Shown piece after piece: positions 55,973-64,000 of a DNA stretch of 64,000 bases. The first letter of the stretch is position 1, and the number at the start of each line of letters is the position of its first letter. The notes under the pieces are model-generated. The model searched no databases and was not told where the DNA came from. It was given only the letters and a program-made list of their open reading frames with translations. The translations under genes were made by a program, and so were the position numbers. Source of the DNA: Candidatus Omnitrophota bacterium (lineage in GTDB: Bacteria > Omnitrophota > Gorgyraeia > B26-G9); assembly GCA_043826565.1 (NCBI GenBank), contig JBDRPX010000003.1, forward strand, positions 81,293 to 145,292, read 5' to 3'.

Positions 55973-57325
55973 ATGGAGAAAAAAATAATTCGTAAGACGA
56001 AAAGCCGGTGTCTTAAGTGCGGTTCGATTGTCCCGGCAGCGGTGATTGAAAAAGAAGGGAAAGTCTATCTTGAAAAAAAATGTCCGGAGCATAATTTTAC
56101 CAGTTTGCTTATTTCCGATAACTCCGATTTATATAGAGACCTGGAGAACTTTTATTTTTCAGTTATGCCTGATAACTTGAAATCATGGGCCAGAGAGATA
56201 GATCTTACTTTTCGCTGCAATATGAATTGCCCGATATGTGCTTGTGATCGTAAGTTTAGAGCTGCCAAGGCTTGTTTTGAACCAACAATAGAGGAAATTA
56301 AATATTTTTTAGAAAAAAGTAAAATCCCGGTATTTAAATTATCCGGAGGGGAACCTACTTGCCGGGAGGATTTGCTGGAAATTATCAGGTTAGTGAAAAG
56401 TTTCAAGAAAACCATTGTGATTAATACTAATGGTTTGAAGTTATCCGATCTTGAGTATGTGCGAAATTTAAAGCAAGCGGGTGTTGATAGTATCAATATG
56501 TCCTTCGATGGGTTTGATGAAAAAGTCGAGAAGTACTTTCGCGGGAAAAATTATCTGCCGGATAAAATAAGAGCTTTAAATAATTTAAGGCAACTGGATA
56601 TTCCGACTGGGTTGAATATTACGATTGCTAAAGGTATTAATGAAACAGAAATTCCTAAAATTATCGACTATGCCGCAAAAAATAAAAATATAAAAATGCT
56701 GAGTTTTGGAACATTCAGTTTTATGGGAAATGCCCGGAATTGGGATTTTAGCTGCTATCTTATGCCGGATCAGCTTAAAAATTTAATTGTTGAGAAGACA
56801 AATGGAAAAATTAGTCAGAATAGTATAAGGATATTTCAGAAGTTATTTATTGGAATGAATTCATTTTTTTTCCAGAAATTCTGCTTGTATGATTCCGGAT
56901 CAACGATAATATTTCGTGAAAAAGGTGATTATACGTCGTTAGATAGACATATAAACCTTAAACCGATAGAAAAACATCTTGATAAATATGCTCTAATTTT
57001 TAAATACAGTCCAATTTTAGCAAGAGCATTTTTGACTATCGTTGGAATTTTCAGCTTAAGGGAAATTAGGTCAGGGCTGCTGGCCAGGGAACTATTTTCA
57101 CGCGGAATAAGTTTTTTTAATAAAAACAGTAAGTATTTAAGGACAAAATCTCTTATATATATAAATATTAATACAATTTGTGATAATTATAAAATTGATT
57201 ACAAAATTGCGAAAAACTGTATGTATGGATTAGTGTTTAAGAGCAGCGACAATATATTGAAACTGAGAGGCACCGGCTCGGAGATTTGTGAAAAAATTTT
57301 AAATTCAGAAATTAGTGAATTTTAA
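55973..57325 (+). CDS. Zinc-ribbon + radical SAM protein, paralog 4 of 5
   Basis: First 45 aa nearly identical to paralog 3 ('RKTKSRCLKCGSIVPAAVIEKEGKVYLEKKCPEHNFTSLLISDN'). 'LTFRCNMNCPICAC'. Confidence 0.6.
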   Translation: MEKKIIRKTKSRCLKCGSIVPAAVIEKEGKVYLEKKCPEHNFTSLLISDNSDLYRDLENFYFSVMPDNLKSWAREIDLTFRCNMNCPICACDRKFRAAKACFEPTIEEIKYFLEKSKIPVFKLSGGEPTCREDLLEIIRLVKSFKKTIVINTNGLKLSDLEYVRNLKQAGVDSINMSFDGFDEKVEKYFRGKNYLPDKIRALNNLRQLDIPTGLNITIAKGINETEIPKIIDYAAKNKNIKMLSFGTFSFMGNARNWDFSCYLMPDQLKNLIVEKTNGKISQNSIRIFQKLFIGMNSFFFQKFCLYDSGSTIIFREKGDYTSLDRHINLKPIEKHLDKYALIFKYSPILARAFLTIVGIFSLREIRSGLLARELFSRGISFFNKNSKYLRTKSLIYININTICDNYKIDYKIAKNCMYGLVFKSSDNILKLRGTGSEICEKILNSEISEF

Positions 57326-57359
57326 ATTAGTTCTTATGCGGCTATAAAAGGAAAGAAAA

Positions 57360-58430
57360 ATGAAATCTCAAAAAAATAGGATTGAACATTCATTTCCGTG
57401 CATTGGAAAAGCAGAGCAATCGGGTATTCTTGCGGTAATTAAAAGCAGTTTTTTAGCAGAAGGTGCTCAGGTCGAGTGTTTTGAAAAGGAGATGTGTCGG
57501 TATATAGGGTGTGATTATGCTATCGCGGCCAGTACCGGGACTTCGGCCTTGCATCTGGCTCTTTTAGCTTTAGAAGTTGGCAAAGGGGATGAGGTGATTC
57601 TTCCTAATTATGTTTGCCGTTCGGTACTAAATGCTGTGCAGTATTGCCAAGCTACGCCGGTATTGTGTGATGTTCAAACGAAAACATACAATATTTCCCT
57701 GGATGAGGTTAAGGAAAAAGTCAATGGCCGGACAAAGGCAATTATTGTCGCGCATATGTTTGGTTGTCCTGTTCCGGTGGACAAATTGAGAATAAAAGGT
57801 ATTCCGATAATAGAAGATTGTGCGCAAAGCATTGGAGCGCAATACAAGGGGAAGAAGGTTGGCAGCTTAGGAGATATTGCAGTTTTTTCTTTTGAGGGAA
57901 CAAAAACTATTACTACCGGAGAGGGTGGAATGGTAGCGACAAGCTCTAAAAAACTTTGCAAAAAATTAAAATCCTTAAAAGAACCGTATGCGAATGATTG
58001 TATGCCCAAGTATACTTATCGGATGAGCAGTCTGCAAGCGGCGGTTGGCCGAATTCAATTAAAGAGGCTGCCGGGATTTATCAAAAAACGCCGCCAGATT
58101 GCGCGGCAATATGCTAAGGCATTTGCTTTAGATGGGGTAGAGCTTCCGGTTGCCCCTCAGGATATGATGCCTACTTTTCACCGGTTTATGCTGGATGTTA
58201 GAGAAATTAATATTGATTGTTTTTTACCGGCATGCTGGAAGAAGAAGGTTATGGTTAAGCGTCCGATAAAACCGTACCTGCTTAATCAGTATTTAGGTAT
58301 TTCAAGTAAATTATTTCCGAACTCAGAATATATTATGAAGCATTGCGTTTCTGTGCCGATATATCCGTCTTTAAAGAAAAATGAGGTTACAAGAATAATT
58401 AAAGTTGTTTGCGGAGAACTAAAAAAATAG
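57360..58430 (+). CDS. DegT/DnrJ/EryC1-family PLP-dependent aminotransferase
   Basis: 'DYAIAASTGTSALHLALLAL'. 'IIEDCAQSIGAQYKGKKVGSLGD'. 'FSFEGTKTITTGEGGMV' (PLP Lys). Confidence 0.75.
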   Translation: MKSQKNRIEHSFPCIGKAEQSGILAVIKSSFLAEGAQVECFEKEMCRYIGCDYAIAASTGTSALHLALLALEVGKGDEVILPNYVCRSVLNAVQYCQATPVLCDVQTKTYNISLDEVKEKVNGRTKAIIVAHMFGCPVPVDKLRIKGIPIIEDCAQSIGAQYKGKKVGSLGDIAVFSFEGTKTITTGEGGMVATSSKKLCKKLKSLKEPYANDCMPKYTYRMSSLQAAVGRIQLKRLPGFIKKRRQIARQYAKAFALDGVELPVAPQDMMPTFHRFMLDVREINIDCFLPACWKKKVMVKRPIKPYLLNQYLGISSKLFPNSEYIMKHCVSVPIYPSLKKNEVTRIIKVVCGELKK

Positions 58431-58431
58431 A

Positions 58432-59379
58432 ATGATGAAATACGGATTTCGTAATAAAAGAGAAGAATTATTTCCGCTGATGCTGGTGTTGGAAATAACC
58501 AATGTCTGCAATTACCGGTGTATACATTGTCCTTATCCGGAGATTTCGAAGCATAAGGACTATAAACCAAAATTCATGGATTGGACTGTTTACCAAAAGA
58601 TTGTTGATGAAACTGCCGGGTTTAAAGATACAATTTTCCGGTTTGTTTGTGATGGAGAGCCGATGATGCATCCTGATTTCTTGCGAATGGTAGAATATGT
58701 CAAAGTAAAAAATATTTCACCGGTATGTGTTACGACAAACGGTTATTTTCTTTCCGAATATGCGGCTAAGAAATTAATCGACTGCGGTTGTGATATTATT
58801 GAAGTGAGTCTTGATGCTCTATATAGAGAATCTTATGATCGGGTGAGGGCCGGTGGTGATTTTGATCGGGTTGTGGCCCAGACAAAACAATTAATCAAGA
58901 TAAGAGATACTTCTGCTAAGGATTTGAAAATTATGGTAAGTGCCATAGATCAGCCTTTAGCAGATGGTGAATTGGAAGCGTTTAAACAGTATTGGCAGGA
59001 AAAGGCAGACAAGGTAATTATCAGAAAGTTTACCAGCATTGGGGGGCTTGTGGATAGCAATGTGGAGAATGAACAAAGTTCCCAGGACGGGAAGAGATGG
59101 CCTTGTCCTTTGCTCTGGCGCAGGCTTTTCGTTAATGTTGACGGCTATGCAGAATTTTGTGTTGACGATTGGCTGGATGAGTCAATTATCGGGGATCTTA
59201 GGAGAGATGATATTTCCAGTATTTGGAAAAGTGACTTTTATCAAAATTTAAGAAATTTACATAACTCCGGATGCTTTGAAGAGGTAAAAAAATGTGCGGA
59301 ATGCTGTGACTGGACAGCACGGACTTGGGATTACGATTATTTTCACGCAATTAAAGAAATTTTTACGCCGAGTATTTAG
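58432..59379 (+). CDS. Radical SAM/SPASM protein
   Basis: 'LEITNVCNYRCIHCPYP'. 'CDGEPMMH'. C-terminal 'WPCPLLW...FCVDDW...CAECCD'. Confidence 0.8.
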   Translation: MMKYGFRNKREELFPLMLVLEITNVCNYRCIHCPYPEISKHKDYKPKFMDWTVYQKIVDETAGFKDTIFRFVCDGEPMMHPDFLRMVEYVKVKNISPVCVTTNGYFLSEYAAKKLIDCGCDIIEVSLDALYRESYDRVRAGGDFDRVVAQTKQLIKIRDTSAKDLKIMVSAIDQPLADGELEAFKQYWQEKADKVIIRKFTSIGGLVDSNVENEQSSQDGKRWPCPLLWRRLFVNVDGYAEFCVDDWLDESIIGDLRRDDISSIWKSDFYQNLRNLHNSGCFEEVKKCAECCDWTARTWDYDYFHAIKEIFTPSI

Positions 59380-59393
59380 GGAAGAAGTTTAAA

Positions 59394-60743
59394 ATGAAAA
59401 TTATAGATAGAACACTGGGGATGTGCCCGAAATGTATGGTTTGGGTAAAAAGTCAGGTTATTGATCGCGATGGGGAAGTTTTTTTGCAGAAAATTTGTCC
59501 GGAACACGGGATGACAGAAATGCTTTTGTGCAAAGACGCGGCACACTTTAGCAGCTTAAGGGATTTTTATTTTAAAACTCATAACAAAATATTTTCTCAA
59601 ACACGGTATCTTTGTTTTTTGACTCCCCAGTGCAATCTTTCCTGTCCGATATGTTTCCTTGATCCTCATTCCGGGCATAGACAAGATGTTAATATTGAAG
59701 ATCTGAGAGTGAAGTTAAAAGACAATAAGCAGGAGTTGATTTTATTTGGCGCTGAACCTGCTTGCCGGGATGATTTATTTGAAGTGATTGCTTATTTGCG
59801 AGAAAGGCAACACTCGGTCAGTTTTTATACAAACGGGATAAGATTAGCGGATTATCGTTACTGTGAAAAAATCAAGGAGGCAAAAATAGACAAGGTTTAT
59901 CTGCAGTTTGACGGATTTGATGATAAAGTATATGAGATTCTGCGGGGCAAGAAGCTTGTGGATATAAAATCAAAGGTTTTGGATAATTTAAAACAATTAA
60001 ACCTTCCGGTTGTTTTGGATGTTACTGTGGTCAAGGGACTGAATGATGATGAGGTAGGTAAAGTGTTTGATTTTTCTATGGCTAATGATTTTATTCGGGC
60101 GGTTAATCTTATCGCTTATGTGCGTTCCGGGGGCGGAGGCGATTATCTAAGTGAGTGTTCAACAATGCCTGATGATATTATTGAGTATATGTCTAAATAT
60201 ACGGGGGGGAGGATTTCCCGGGAAAAGATCAGGGTTTTTCAGAAGCTTTTATATGTTTATATGGCATTTTTAAAAAGAAGAACATGCTTTTATATTCAGT
60301 ATTTCTGGGTTTATCGATGCGCTGATGGTAAATATATAACTCTTAATGAGATCCTGGATTTTACTGTTTTGGAAAAAGTGTTAGACAGATATCTGTCAAT
60401 AGACATAAGGATGGGTAGACTGCTGGCGATATTGTACTTAAGTTTATCATTACCTCGCCTGATTTTTGCAGTGAAAAATATTCGTCTTTTTTTTGAATTG
60501 ATTAAGATGGCGTTTGCGCATAGCTTTAATAAAGGTGAGTACGCCAGTAAAAGCAGTAAATTTTTACAGTTAATTTTTACTACTGCCTGTGATCCGCATA
60601 AATCGGATATGAAAATTGTCGAACGCTGTCACGTCGGGATTATCTATAAAAATGGGCAGGGGAACCTTAATGTTGATGATGAGAACGGCAGATATTTATT
60701 AAATCAGGAAATACTTAGCAAGCAGAAAGCGGGAATAGTATAA
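59394..60743 (+). CDS. Zinc-ribbon + radical SAM protein, paralog 5 of 5
   Basis: 'RTLGMCPKCMVWV...QKICPEHG'. 'LTPQCNLSCPICFLD'. C-terminal conserved Cys 'RTCFY','TACDPH','ERCH'. Confidence 0.6.
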   Translation: MKIIDRTLGMCPKCMVWVKSQVIDRDGEVFLQKICPEHGMTEMLLCKDAAHFSSLRDFYFKTHNKIFSQTRYLCFLTPQCNLSCPICFLDPHSGHRQDVNIEDLRVKLKDNKQELILFGAEPACRDDLFEVIAYLRERQHSVSFYTNGIRLADYRYCEKIKEAKIDKVYLQFDGFDDKVYEILRGKKLVDIKSKVLDNLKQLNLPVVLDVTVVKGLNDDEVGKVFDFSMANDFIRAVNLIAYVRSGGGGDYLSECSTMPDDIIEYMSKYTGGRISREKIRVFQKLLYVYMAFLKRRTCFYIQYFWVYRCADGKYITLNEILDFTVLEKVLDRYLSIDIRMGRLLAILYLSLSLPRLIFAVKNIRLFFELIKMAFAHSFNKGEYASKSSKFLQLIFTTACDPHKSDMKIVERCHVGIIYKNGQGNLNVDDENGRYLLNQEILSKQKAGIV

Positions 60744-62323
60744 TGCGCGTTGGTTTTGTTTATTCCGAAATGGAAACTTTAGGGATCGAGCATTTGTCGA
60801 GTTTTCTTAAAAAGCAGGGGCATCAAACCCGGCTCTTTTTTGATCCGCAATTATTTATGGATACTATTTCCAGCCGTCCGGTACTTAATAAGATATTAGG
60901 ATATCGGGATCATTTACTTAAACAGATTGATGAATTCAAACCGGATATCCTCGCGTTTTCTGTGCTGAGTACTAATAATCATTGGGCAAAATTATTTGCT
61001 AAAGAGATAAAAATACATACGGATATTCCCATAGTATTCGGGGGGATACATCCTACTTTGGCTCCGGAGGAAGTTATTAAGCTTGGTTTTGTTGACCATG
61101 TTATTGTTGGCGAAGGGGAAGAAGCCTTATGCGAGCTTGTGGAAAATCTTAATAATCTCAAAAATCTTAGCGAGATTAAGAATGTCTGGACAAAAATCAA
61201 TGGCAAAATCGTCCGTAATCCGGTACGGCCGCTGATTGAAGATCTTGATTCGCTACCTTTCCCGGATAAGGAAATGTTTTATCAGGTCATGCCTTATTTA
61301 AGTAAACATTATACGATAGTTACCGGACGGGGGTGTCCGTATTCATGTACTTTTTGTTCAAACCACGCTTTACGGAATATAAGCAATAGTGATAAACATT
61401 TTTTAAGAAGAAGGTCTCCGGAGAATGTTATTGCCGAATTGAACCAAGCAAAAAGTAAGTACCAGGTAAAAGATATTTTCTTTGATGATAGTACTTTTAC
61501 CTATGATAAAAAATGGTTAAAACGTTTTTCGGACCTTTACCGCGGACATATTAATCTGAATTGTTTCTGCTGGGTGCATCCTTCAGAGATAGATGAGGAA
61601 ACAGTCGGATATCTTAAGAACATGAATTGCCGGGCCGTGGAAATGGGGGTGGAGAGCACGAACCCTCAAATCCGGGAAAAATGGCTGCATCGATATTACT
61701 CTAATGAGCAGGTTGCCCGGGCGCTGAGGTTATTTAAAAAACATAAGATTTTTTGCGTAGTTGATAATATTATCGGGTTGCCGGAAGAGAAAATATCCGA
61801 TTTAGAAGACATGGTAAGCTTTTACAATGAGATCAGGCCGGAAAAGGTTTATGTGTTTGAATTGCGTCCATTTCCTAATACTCAGATGTATGAGATGAGT
61901 AAAGAATATGCAGCTATTCATAATAATGACCGGGATGACCTTAGGCCGTTTACTTTGTCGGTATACCGGAACAAAGTTTTTAAACAAATTATAATGCTGA
62001 CGCTGATGATTGAGTTCCTGCCCAAAAAAGCCATAAGTTTTTTATTACGCAAAAAGCTGTACAGATTTTTGCCGGCATTTGACGTTTATAATTTTCTGGA
62101 AATAGTGCCTTTTTTTCTTAATTTTTTAAAAAGAGAAAAACGTTGGTTTCCTATTCGCGGAACAAGACACCGGTACATATTCTTCGGATTGAAAATTCTT
62201 AAAAACTATTTTTCTGGCAATTCCCCGGGGGAAGACTGTAAAAACAGTATTCCTTTAAAAGAAAATAGCGTTGATATTGTGTTGCCGGAGAAAACAAAAG
62301 AAGAGGTTCTGATTAATAACTGA
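60743..62323 (+). CDS. B12-binding-domain radical SAM protein
   Basis: 'LGIEHLSSFLKKQGHQTRLFFDPQLF'. 'IVTGRGCPYSCTFCSNH'. Confidence 0.8.
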   Translation: MRVGFVYSEMETLGIEHLSSFLKKQGHQTRLFFDPQLFMDTISSRPVLNKILGYRDHLLKQIDEFKPDILAFSVLSTNNHWAKLFAKEIKIHTDIPIVFGGIHPTLAPEEVIKLGFVDHVIVGEGEEALCELVENLNNLKNLSEIKNVWTKINGKIVRNPVRPLIEDLDSLPFPDKEMFYQVMPYLSKHYTIVTGRGCPYSCTFCSNHALRNISNSDKHFLRRRSPENVIAELNQAKSKYQVKDIFFDDSTFTYDKKWLKRFSDLYRGHINLNCFCWVHPSEIDEETVGYLKNMNCRAVEMGVESTNPQIREKWLHRYYSNEQVARALRLFKKHKIFCVVDNIIGLPEEKISDLEDMVSFYNEIRPEKVYVFELRPFPNTQMYEMSKEYAAIHNNDRDDLRPFTLSVYRNKVFKQIIMLTLMIEFLPKKAISFLLRKKLYRFLPAFDVYNFLEIVPFFLNFLKREKRWFPIRGTRHRYIFFGLKILKNYFSGNSPGEDCKNSIPLKENSVDIVLPEKTKEEVLINN

Positions 62324-63882
62324 TGAAGATTGCTTTTATAAATAATGCAAATGAAAGTTTGGGGATTGAATATCTCTCAGCTGCTTTAAAACAGCAGGGA
62401 CATCAGGTGAGAGTATTCATTGATCCGCAATTATTTAATGATGAAAATATAAGGTTTTCTGTGTTAGAAAAGATTTTTGACTATCGTTGGGAATTAGTCA
62501 AAGACGTGGTTGATTTTGCTCCGGATCTGATTGGATTTTCCGTGGTAAGTGATTTTTATAAATGGGCCTGCTCAGTAGCCGCTCAAATAAAATTCTGTTA
62601 TGAAAAACCAATTATATTCGGCGGTATCCATCCGACATCTTTACCGGAACAAGTGCTCAGAAATAATTTTGTGGACATGGTATGTGTCGGAGAAGGCGAA
62701 GCTGCCCTGGTAGAAGTTGTTGCGTGTCTAGAGCGGGGAGAATGGCCGGAAAAAATCGAAAATATCTGGACCAAAAAAAACGGTGCGATAATTAAAAATA
62801 AGGTAAGACCGTTAGTAAGTGACCTGAACTTGCTTCCGTATCCGGATAAGGAATTGTTTTATAAAGAGAGCCGGCATTATGAGAAAGGGTATTTTACAAT
62901 GGCGGCGCGCGGGTGTCTTTATGCCTGTTCATATTGTCACCATTCATATTTAAAAAAGATGTATAATGGCGCTTCGTACTATCGCTGCCGAAGCGTGGAA
63001 AATGTGATCAAAGAACTGGAAAGAAATTTTATCAGGCATAAACATAAAATTATTCGTTTTTCAGATGATATTTTTCCGTTTGAAAAGCAATGGCTGAGAG
63101 AGTTTGCTGCAAAATTCCCGAAACGGATCAATGCTCCGTATATCTGTTATCTGCATCCGCATACAACAGATCAAGAGACGGTGTCTTTGCTTAAAAAAAG
63201 CGGTTGTCGGGAAGTACAGCTGGGAGTACAGACGCTTTACGCGAATACCCAAAAAGAAATACTAAATCGCCATGTTGCCCAAAAAAGGTGGGAAGAACTT
63301 ATTTTGCTTTTAAGAAAATCAAAGATAAGGATCACTGCGGAAAATATTATTGGGATTCCGCATCAGAGTGAGGAGGAAATAAAAGATCTGGTCCGGTTTT
63401 ACTGTAAGAATAAAGTAGATAGAATACATGTTTTTTGGCTGAGATATTATCCCCGGACGAAAATCACCGAGCAGTTTAAACCGGAGCAGTTTGACGGACA
63501 GGGGCTGCAGACAAATACTTTTACGCAAGGAGGCGATGTTTATAGCAAGCAGTTAAGTAAATTGCGGGTATTATTCGTTTTGCTTAATTTTCTTCCGCCC
63601 GGAGTGATATATTTTATCCTTGAAAAGAAAATTTATAAATACACTTGGCCGGTTTCATTATTTCTGCTGGATTTAATATCGAATATTTTCAGCGGTTCTT
63701 ATGCGGATAAGATAACAAGACAAAGAGAATTTCAGCGTTATTTAATTTATATAAAAAGAAGTTTAGGAGCATATAATGAAAGAGTTTGGGGTTTCCTTAG
63801 TGATGCCTGTTTTAAACGAACAGGAGATCATTGCCGAGACCATCAGAATATTTTTAAAAGACTTATCCGGTCTTTTCGATAA
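62323..63882 (+). CDS. B12-binding-domain radical SAM protein (close paralog of 60743..62323)
   Basis: 'LGIEYLSAALKQQGHQVRVFIDPQLF'. 'TMAARGCLYACSYCHHS'. Confidence 0.8.
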   Translation: MKIAFINNANESLGIEYLSAALKQQGHQVRVFIDPQLFNDENIRFSVLEKIFDYRWELVKDVVDFAPDLIGFSVVSDFYKWACSVAAQIKFCYEKPIIFGGIHPTSLPEQVLRNNFVDMVCVGEGEAALVEVVACLERGEWPEKIENIWTKKNGAIIKNKVRPLVSDLNLLPYPDKELFYKESRHYEKGYFTMAARGCLYACSYCHHSYLKKMYNGASYYRCRSVENVIKELERNFIRHKHKIIRFSDDIFPFEKQWLREFAAKFPKRINAPYICYLHPHTTDQETVSLLKKSGCREVQLGVQTLYANTQKEILNRHVAQKRWEELILLLRKSKIRITAENIIGIPHQSEEEIKDLVRFYCKNKVDRIHVFWLRYYPRTKITEQFKPEQFDGQGLQTNTFTQGGDVYSKQLSKLRVLFVLLNFLPPGVIYFILEKKIYKYTWPVSLFLLDLISNIFSGSYADKITRQREFQRYLIYIKRSLGAYNERVWGFLSDACFKRTGDHCRDHQNIFKRLIRSFR

Positions 63883-64000
63883 ATATGAATTAATTATCGT
63901 AAATGACGCAAGTACGGATAAAACACAGTCTATTGTTGAGCAATTGGTCTCAGAATGCCCGGATAAGCTAAAACTGATAAATAACAGCCGGAATCTGGGA
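63776..64000 (+). CDS. 3'-partial GT2 polyprenyl-phosphate sugar synthase-like glycosyltransferase (runs off window end)
   Basis: Not in the ORF track (no stop within the window). My translation from ATG 63776: 'MKEFGVSLVMPVLNEQEII...YELIIVNDASTDKT...INNSRNLG', the classic DPM1/ArnC-type N-terminus. Confidence 0.6.
   Translation, partial: MKEFGVSLVMPVLNEQEIIAETIRIFLKDLSGLFDKYELIIVNDASTDKTQSIVEQLVSECPDKLKLINNSRNLG

Noticed and set aside
347-63528. Numerous 60-240-aa minus-strand ORFs from the six-frame track (e.g. 347-778, 859-1587, 4544-4798, 21817-22503, 37709-38293, 56152-56496)
   Set aside because: All lie entirely inside longer + strand genes with clear domain signatures and show no motifs. 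They are typical shadow ORFs in AT-rich DNA.
1-64000. Classical RiPP cluster (SPASM/B12 rSAM + precursor peptide)
   Set aside because: The only precursor-like ORF is the ambiguous 25-aa ORF at 10093 (reported separately). No protease, transporter or leader-recognition (RRE) genes were seen, and the dominant context is glycosyltransferases. A RiPP interpretation is not excluded but is not supported as the primary call.

Overview
**Overview.** AT-rich bacterial DNA, roughly 35-40% GC by eye. Almost everything is on the + strand: 2-41511 and 44865-64000 are tightly packed, often overlapping (ATGA/TAATG junctions) + strand genes, separated by a small three-gene inverted island (41542-44584). I found no rRNA, tRNA, CRISPR array, transposase or integrase.

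**Gene content.** Three classes dominate:
- Radical SAM (rSAM) enzymes: 21 genes carrying 22 CxxxCxxC domains.
  - 8 are B12-binding-domain/rSAM proteins.
  - 9 are rSAM proteins with C-terminal SPASM/twitch Cys clusters.
  - 5 are tandem paralogs with an N-terminal zinc-ribbon/rubredoxin-like CxxC...CPxH motif.
- Glycan genes:
  - 8 polytopic, GT-C-like membrane glycosyltransferases of the ArnT/PMT type.
  - 2 polyprenyl-phosphate-sugar GT2 (one partial at the window's 3' edge).
  - 2 GT4, 1 GT2, 2 DegT-type sugar aminotransferases, AsnB-type amidotransferase, NodU/CmcH carbamoyltransferase, WbqC-like protein, a methyltransferase, 2 SGNH hydrolases.
- Periplasmic accessory proteins: CBM-like anchored proteins and secreted beta-rich paralogs, each paired with a polytopic membrane protein, plus a TAT-signal DUF362 protein.

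**Notable features.**
- Two giant multi-domain rSAM fusion proteins (one is 1443 aa with two rSAM domains) carry four copies of an unrecognised ~130-aa repeat domain.
- A 7-bp tandem repeat (~16 units) lies in-frame at the 3' end of a B12-rSAM gene.
- An SD-preceded 25-aa Cys-containing small ORF sits inside an intergenic heptamer/hairpin.
- A family of short GACAG/CTGTC-core hairpins follows stop codons.
- A (TG)7 simple repeat lies inside a GT-C gene.

**Interpretation.** The locus looks like a large biosynthetic 'supra-operon' for a heavily radical-tailored glycoconjugate and/or lipid. The chemistry cannot be named from sequence alone. All functional calls come from motif reading by eye; no database searches were run.
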